From NCBI GenBank assembly GCA_043819555.1, contig JBDREQ010000073.1, forward strand, positions 192,001 through 256,000: a stretch of DNA of 64,000 nt. Reading direction: 5' to 3'. How positions within the stretch are numbered: position 1 is the stretch's first letter; each line of letters begins with the position of its first letter. Source of the DNA: Candidatus Zixiibacteriota bacterium. Lineage in GTDB: Bacteria; Zixibacteria; MSB-5A5; GN15; JAAZOE01. The notes under the pieces are model-generated. The model worked only from the letters and a program-made list of their open reading frames with translations. It had not been told where the DNA came from and did not search any database. A program made the position numbers and the translations under genes. Of the stretch, positions 58,127-64,000 are shown piece after piece.

Positions 58127-60301
58127 ATGGTACACACAGTTGAGTTGGAAATTGGTGAACGAACATTGACAATTGAAACCGGTCGGATTGCTAAGCAGGC
58201 AAACGGGGCGGTAGTGGTTAGATACGGTGATACAGTAATTTTGACAACAGCAGTGGCTTCGAAGGAACCGATTGATCGCGATTTTTTACCGTTATCCGTT
58301 GAGTACAGGGAGCGGTCTTACGCCGCCGGAAAAATACCCGGTGGGTTTTTCAAAAGAGAGGGAAGACCTTCGGAAAAGGAAATATTGTCGTGTCGAATAA
58401 TAGACCGACCTATTCGCCCGCTATTCCCCGAAGGATACCTTAATGAAATTCAAATAATAAATTTGATTTTATCGCATGATCGTGAAAACGATCCCGATGT
58501 CCTCGGACTGATCGGCGCCGCGGCATCATTGGCTATATCCGATATCCCATTTGATGCGATTTTGGCAGGTGTCAGAGTCGCCCGGATTGATGGCGAATTT
58601 AAAGTATTTCCTACTGTTGCTGAAACTGAAGAAGCCGACATCAATATTACTATTGCCGGTACTGAAGATTCAATTTCTATGGTTGAAGGCGGAGCCTTTG
58701 AAGCATCTGAAGATGAAATGCTGGAAGCCTTAAAATTCGGCCATGAACATATCAAAACGATAGTCGGGAAAATAAAGGAATTTCGAACCGCGTGTGGGAA
58801 GGAAAAGAAAACCTTTACTCCTCCTGAAAAAAACGAGAAACTTATCGCAAAAGTCGATGATGTGGTTGGCGATCGCATAAAGGAAGTCAACCAGATTAAT
58901 GACAAGGCCGAACGAAGCGATGCCAAGCATGAATTGAAAAAAGAAATTGTTGGCCAGCTTGAAGAAGAATATCCCGATGAGATTGATACAATAAAGAATC
59001 GCATCCGCGATTTGGATAATGCCGAAATGCGTCGGATGATTGTCGAGGATAGCAAAAGACTTGATAATCGCGGCTTTGATGATGTTCGCGACATTAGTTG
59101 TGAGGTTTCTGTCCTTCCGCGAACTCACGGCTCCGCATTATTTACACGTGGACAAACTCAAGCATTGGTCGCGATCACGCTGGGCACAAAAATCGATGAA
59201 CAGCGCCTTGATGAACTGGAAGGCGAATCAACCAAGTCATATATGCTCCATTACAATTTCCCACCTTTCTCGGTTGGCGAAGTCAGGCCGATTCGCGGCG
59301 TCGGACGGCGTGAAGTCGGACATGGAAACTTGGCCGAGCGAGCAATCAATCCGATTATTCCGGTCGGCGACAGATTCCCATATACAATCCGAATCGTTTC
59401 CGATATTATGGAATCAAATGGATCGTCATCAATGGCTTCGGTTTGCGGAGGTTCATTGGCTTTGATGGATGCCGGCGTTCCTATTAAAGCTCCGGTCGCC
59501 GGAATCGCTATGGGGCTTATCAAAGAAGGCGATACAGTTATTGTCTTGACTGATATCCTTGGTGATGAGGATCACTTTGGAGATATGGATTTCAAAGTTA
59601 CCGGTACTGCCGAAGGAGTGACCGCCATACAAATGGATATTAAGATTAAAGGACTCGATCTTGAAACCATGCGCATGGCTCTCGAAAAAGCCAAGGCGGC
59701 GCGCTTGCATATTCTCGGTGAGATGGCCAAGGCTCTTGATAAACCTCGCGCTGATTTATCTCAATATGCGCCGCGCATTATTACAATCAAGATCAATCCT
59801 GAAAAGATCGGTGATGTTATTGGACCAGGCGGAAAAATTATCCGGGCGCTCGTTGAAGAAACAGGCGCGAAAATTGATATCGAAGATGATGGGACGGTAT
59901 TAATCGCATCAGTTGATGGTGCGGCCGGTGAAGCGGCTCGCGAGAAAATACTGATGATTGTTGAAGATGCCGAAATTGGCAAAGAATACATGGGTACGGT
60001 CAGGCGAATAGCGGATTTTGGAGCCTTCGTCGAAATTTTACCCGGCACCGACGGACTTGTTCATATATCTGAAATAGCCTATGAACGAATTGAAAGAGTT
60101 GAAGATGTTTTAAAAGTTGGTGATCAGGTAAAAGTCAAGTGTATTAATGTCGATAGCGACGGAAAGGTTCGGCTTTCTATGAAGGCGCTTTTGCCGACAC
60201 CCGAAGGTTATGTACCACCACCACCGCGACCCTCCGGACCGCGAGGAGGCAGCCGCGGAGGAAGGGATCGACAAAGTAACGGTAGAAGACAAAGGCGATA
60301 G
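58127..60301 (+). CDS. pnp: Polyribonucleotide nucleotidyltransferase
   Basis: AAGKIPGGFFKREGRP, RTHGSALFTRGQTQ, SNGSSSMAS, ED..GDMDFKV, KH and S1 domains. Confidence 0.98.
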   Translation: MVHTVELEIGERTLTIETGRIAKQANGAVVVRYGDTVILTTAVASKEPIDRDFLPLSVEYRERSYAAGKIPGGFFKREGRPSEKEILSCRIIDRPIRPLFPEGYLNEIQIINLILSHDRENDPDVLGLIGAAASLAISDIPFDAILAGVRVARIDGEFKVFPTVAETEEADINITIAGTEDSISMVEGGAFEASEDEMLEALKFGHEHIKTIVGKIKEFRTACGKEKKTFTPPEKNEKLIAKVDDVVGDRIKEVNQINDKAERSDAKHELKKEIVGQLEEEYPDEIDTIKNRIRDLDNAEMRRMIVEDSKRLDNRGFDDVRDISCEVSVLPRTHGSALFTRGQTQALVAITLGTKIDEQRLDELEGESTKSYMLHYNFPPFSVGEVRPIRGVGRREVGHGNLAERAINPIIPVGDRFPYTIRIVSDIMESNGSSSMASVCGGSLALMDAGVPIKAPVAGIAMGLIKEGDTVIVLTDILGDEDHFGDMDFKVTGTAEGVTAIQMDIKIKGLDLETMRMALEKAKAARLHILGEMAKALDKPRADLSQYAPRIITIKINPEKIGDVIGPGGKIIRALVEETGAKIDIEDDGTVLIASVDGAAGEAAREKILMIVEDAEIGKEYMGTVRRIADFGAFVEILPGTDGLVHISEIAYERIERVEDVLKVGDQVKVKCINVDSDGKVRLSMKALLPTPEGYVPPPPRPSGPRGGSRGGRDRQSNGRRQRR

Positions 60302-60304
60302 AAC

Positions 60305-61573
60305 TTGAAAAACGGTTTTTCCAAAACAACGCTTATAAACGGTATGAGGGTGATCTCAGAGAAGATCCCCTCGGTCCGCTCGGTATCGATCGGCGTCTGG
60401 ATTCATGTCGGTTCCCGAAATGAATCCGAAAATATCAATGGAATATCGCATTTCATTGAACATATGCACTTTAAGGGTACAAAAAAAAGAAGCGCCCTTC
60501 AAATAGCTCATGAGCTTGAATCTCGCGGAGGTGCTATCAACGCCTTTACGTCGCGAGAACATACATGTTATTATGCTCGCATTATGAGCGACCATTTTCC
60601 AAAGGCGATGGAAATCCTTGGCGATATATTGAATAATTCCACGTTTACTCAGGGGAATATCAAAAAGGAAAAGGCCGTTATTCTCGAGGAAATCAAAGAC
60701 GTCGCCGATTCCCCCAGCGATTATATCCATGATTTATTTACTAATCAGATGTGGATGTCACATCCTCTGGGTAAACCGATAATGGGAGACGCTAAAACGG
60801 TGGGTTGCATAAGCCGCAAACTGATTAGTGATTTCTTGAAGGAAAATTACTGCGCCTCAAATTTAGTGGTGGCCGCGGCCGGCGATATATCTCATCGAAA
60901 ATTAGTGGACTATGTTAAAAAGTATTTTAAATGGAACAAGAGTCACGCAAAAGCCAAATTATCCATCCCGAAAAAATCAGAATTCACTCTTCATGCCCAT
61001 CACAATGGAACCAAGCAGACTCATGTCAGCCTCGGCTTTCCCAGCATTAGTTTTGCGAATTCTTCCAGATATGCGATTTTGGCAGCCAACACGTTGCTAT
61101 CAGGAGGAATGTCTTCGAGGTTATTCCAAAATGTCCGTGAAAAGAAAGGGTATTGCTATTCGATCTACAGTTTCCAGGAGTTTTTTCAGGACATCGGCAT
61201 TTTTAGTATTTACTTTGGAACCGACGAAAAATATATGGTTGATGCGGCCAATTTAGTATTGAAAGAGTTAAAGCGCCTGAAAAAAAAGAAACTGGGCCGA
61301 ACTGAACTCTCCCAAATAAAGGATCAACTCAAGGGCAACCTGATGCTATCGCTGGAATCTACAACCAATCGCATGAATCGAATAGCCCGACAGGAATTAA
61401 TGCTCGGTCAGTATGTTGACCTGGATGAAACATCACGAAATATTGATCGAATAACAGCGAATCACATTTTTGATGTAGCCAATGAGATATTTGACTGTAA
61501 TAAATTAACAATGGTTGCATTGGGACCGGTTAAAAAGGATTTGTTGGAAAAAATTAACTGGTCGCTTTTATAG
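60305..61573 (+). CDS. M16 family (pitrilysin-like) zinc peptidase
   Basis: Inverted zincin HFIEH, NAFTS.E, GGMSSRLFQ.VRE. Confidence 0.93.
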   Translation: MKNGFSKTTLINGMRVISEKIPSVRSVSIGVWIHVGSRNESENINGISHFIEHMHFKGTKKRSALQIAHELESRGGAINAFTSREHTCYYARIMSDHFPKAMEILGDILNNSTFTQGNIKKEKAVILEEIKDVADSPSDYIHDLFTNQMWMSHPLGKPIMGDAKTVGCISRKLISDFLKENYCASNLVVAAAGDISHRKLVDYVKKYFKWNKSHAKAKLSIPKKSEFTLHAHHNGTKQTHVSLGFPSISFANSSRYAILAANTLLSGGMSSRLFQNVREKKGYCYSIYSFQEFFQDIGIFSIYFGTDEKYMVDAANLVLKELKRLKKKKLGRTELSQIKDQLKGNLMLSLESTTNRMNRIARQELMLGQYVDLDETSRNIDRITANHIFDVANEIFDCNKLTMVALGPVKKDLLEKINWSLL

Positions 61574-61575
61574 AG

Positions 61576-62334
61576 ATGGCGGGTCGGGCGAAGATACTTG
61601 CGTTTCATCAAACTTCGCAAAAATTCTATCCCGGGATTAACAATATCAGACCGGGATATTTTTTTTTCATTCTTGAATTATTGAAGAATTTTGGCTTTAA
61701 TTTTATAGGCGTCAGGCAGTATTTAAACGGCGAAGAAGATAATGAAAAAACTCTCGCAATATCATTTGACGACGGCTATGCCGATAATTATGATGTTATT
61801 TCCAGGTTATGTTGCGAAAATATTGCCCCTTTTGTTTTTATCCCAACCGACTATATCGGTCAATCAAATTCATGGGATTACTCCTCGAGCCTCTTCAAAA
61901 CCCGCCATTGTACGGCAAAGCAGCTAAAAGTACTGGCTCAAAAAGGAGCGGTGATTGGCTCTCATGGAAAATCGCATCGCGCTTTTACGCGGATGACAGA
62001 AAGTGAATTGGATAGCGAGTTAAAAATGTCAAAAATAGTACTCCAGAATATTACCGGCGAAGAGACCAATCTCTTAAGCTATCCATTTGGCCGAACAAAT
62101 CAAAGGGTAAACAAACTAGCCAAAGAATGTGGATACAGGTATGGATTCTGCCTCGATTCCCCAAAATCATACAATATATTACCTGAAGATTTTATTATCT
62201 ATCGCACGCCGATATATAGCTGTGATGATTATTTCTCACTCTACTCAAAAATAGCCGAAGATTCGCCATTTGAGTCCTTCAAGAATATAATTGTTAATAA
62301 CCTGTCCGGCGGGACAATTATTACGAGCAAATGA
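61576..62334 (+). CDS. Polysaccharide deacetylase (CE4/NodB-like)
   Basis: ISFDDGY, IGSHG.SH, SYPFG. Confidence 0.85.
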   Translation: MAGRAKILAFHQTSQKFYPGINNIRPGYFFFILELLKNFGFNFIGVRQYLNGEEDNEKTLAISFDDGYADNYDVISRLCCENIAPFVFIPTDYIGQSNSWDYSSSLFKTRHCTAKQLKVLAQKGAVIGSHGKSHRAFTRMTESELDSELKMSKIVLQNITGEETNLLSYPFGRTNQRVNKLAKECGYRYGFCLDSPKSYNILPEDFIIYRTPIYSCDDYFSLYSKIAEDSPFESFKNIIVNNLSGGTIITSK

Positions 62335-62428
62335 CTCAAATATCAGCCGTCACATCCGAATATTCTTGATATAGACTCAAAATTTCTCTATTATTCAGAC
62401 TTTGGTAAGTCGAATCAGGAGTCATATT

Positions 62429-63724
62429 ATGATAGATGCGACAATTGATAAATTAGGTGAATTTGTCGGCCAGGAAGTCACCGTCTCCGGTTGGCTTTAC
62501 AACAAACGTTCCAGCGGAAAAATAAAGTTCCTGCTCGTGCGAGACGGCACGGGCGTTGTCCAATCGGTACTGGTCAAATCGGAACTGCCGGAAGAAATCT
62601 TTGGCCTTTATGGCGAACTTACGCAGGAAAGTTCGCTCAAAGTTACCGGATCAATTCGAGAAGAACCTCGCTCACCCGGAGGCTATGAGCTCAATGTAAC
62701 GAATATTGAAATTGTTCAGAAGGCTGATGAATATCCGATTACTAAAAAGGAACATGGCGTTGAGTTTTTGCATAATTATCGGCATTTATGGCTTCGTTCA
62801 TCGAGGCAAATCGCCATCATGCGAATTCGTAATCAAATTATCTGGGCTATTCGAGAATTCTTCAAAAAGAACGATTTTATTCTGATGGATTCTCCGATCC
62901 TGACCGGTTCAATCGGGGAAGAGGCCGGAACTCTTTTCTCGACTGATTATTTCAAACTTGGAAAAGCCTACCTGGCCCAAACTGGACAATTGTATCTTGA
63001 AGCCGGTTGTATGGCCCACCGCAATGTTTATTGCTTCGGACCAACATTTCGCGCGGAAAAATCTCTAACCCGCAGACACCTGACCGAATTCTGGATGATT
63101 GAAGCAGAAATGGCTTACTGCGATTCCGAAGGAAATATGAAAAACCAGGAAGAGATGGTAACCTATGTTGTTAAATCAGTTCTGCAAAATTGTCAAAAGG
63201 ACCTTGAAAAACTGGAACGGGATATTTCTAAACTGGAAGTAATTGATTCGCCATTTCCTCGAGTTGATTATGGTGAAGTTGTCAAGATTTTACAGGTACA
63301 TGGTTCTGCTATTAAATGGGGTGACGACCTTGGAGCTGAAGATGAAACGATCATCTCAAACATGCATGACCGCCCTGTTTTCGTAACTAATTATCCAAAA
63401 GTTGCCAAAGCATTTTATATGAAGGAAAACCCCGATAATCCGGATACAATTCTGTGCTCTGACCTTTTGGCGCCCGAAGGATACGGTGAAATTATCGGTG
63501 GTTCGCAAAGAGAAGATGATCTTGAAAAACTCCTGGCTCGAATCAGGGAGGAAAAACTGCCGGAGGAAACCTACGAATGGTATCTCGATCTGAGAAAATA
63601 CGGTTCCGTGCCTCATTCCGGTTATGGTCTTGGAGTTGAGCGCGTGATTACATGGATTTGCGGGATTCATCACATTCGTGAGACAATACCTTTCCCGCGC
63701 TTAATAACAAGGCTTTATCCTTGA
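62429..63724 (+). CDS. asnS: Asparagine--tRNA ligase
   Basis: SD AGGAG before ATG 62429; RHLWLRS, QTGQLYLE, FRAEKS.TRRHL.EFW, GEIIGGSQRE, G.G.ER. Confidence 0.96.
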   Translation: MIDATIDKLGEFVGQEVTVSGWLYNKRSSGKIKFLLVRDGTGVVQSVLVKSELPEEIFGLYGELTQESSLKVTGSIREEPRSPGGYELNVTNIEIVQKADEYPITKKEHGVEFLHNYRHLWLRSSRQIAIMRIRNQIIWAIREFFKKNDFILMDSPILTGSIGEEAGTLFSTDYFKLGKAYLAQTGQLYLEAGCMAHRNVYCFGPTFRAEKSLTRRHLTEFWMIEAEMAYCDSEGNMKNQEEMVTYVVKSVLQNCQKDLEKLERDISKLEVIDSPFPRVDYGEVVKILQVHGSAIKWGDDLGAEDETIISNMHDRPVFVTNYPKVAKAFYMKENPDNPDTILCSDLLAPEGYGEIIGGSQREDDLEKLLARIREEKLPEETYEWYLDLRKYGSVPHSGYGLGVERVITWICGIHHIRETIPFPRLITRLYP

Positions 63725-63740
63725 GTGGAGACTATCATAG

Positions 63741-64000
63741 ATGGACAATACGGAAAATAAATATAAATATGACTTCAAAGCCATAGAGGAAAAATGGCGC
63801 AAGAAATGGGATGAAACGGAATTATTTAAAGCTTCCGATGATCCCAAAAGGAAGTTCTATCTTCTGGTCATGTTCGCCTACCCATCCGGCGATATTCATA
63901 TGGGCCATTTTCGAAATTATACCCTCGGTGATGCCGTCGCCCGCTACAAGATGATGAACGGTTATGAAATTCTTCATCCCTTCGGTTGGGATGCCTTTGG
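63741..64000 (+). CDS. leuS: Leucine--tRNA ligase, 5' part (runs off the window)
   Basis: Manual translation: [10 protein letters not shown]...[29 protein letters not shown]...HPFGWDAFG. Confidence 0.93.
   Translation, partial: MDNTENKYKYDFKAIEEKWRKKWDETELFKASDDPKRKFYLLVMFAYPSGDIHMGHFRNYTLGDAVARYKMMNGYEILHPFGWDAF

Noticed and set aside
58450..59094. 214-aa minus-strand ORF
   Set aside because: Antisense to pnp; shadow frame.
1..64000. Genome-wide UGA reassignment (code 4 or 25) as an explanation for the in-frame TGAs
   Set aside because: Conserved genes end at TGA at their expected C-termini (dinB, asnS, coaE, truB) and long genes have no internal TGA.

Overview
Mostly core chromosome of a diderm, FCB-like bacterium using the standard genetic code. 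A degenerate C-terminal dockerin-type repeat, GWxTD proteins and a Fibrobacter-type LexA box suggest candidate phylum Zixibacteria (inference). In order, the window holds: a MacAB-type exporter followed by two GWxTD proteins; two minus-strand genes, each split in the ORF track by a single in-frame TGA at a conserved Cys position (a HesB/IscA-like protein, G-U-S-G-P, and a secreted DUF1573-like protein, P-G-U-G-C-T), both probable selenoproteins; a lexA-DUF6504-dinB SOS cassette; an aminotransferase, a Cys-less DapF homologue, an MFS transporter, argS and the aro cluster; MATE, FAH hydrolase, AlaX, a very long LptD, HU, ftsK, lolA, rimO, SLT, bamD, nadD, polA, coaE, transketolase and an aminotransferase; a peptidoglycan-recycling trio; a multiply broken dockerin-bearing pseudogene beside tRNA-Arg(CCG); proS; the rimP-nusA-infB operon with an RbfA-DHH(NrnA) fusion; truB, ribF, rpsO, pnp, an M16 peptidase, a deacetylase, asnS and the start of leuS. 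No CRISPR array, IS element, integrase or rRNA was seen. The strongest candidate for a novel system is the pair of adjacent UGA-recoded genes at 7439-8695, especially the exported DUF1573 UGC protein.
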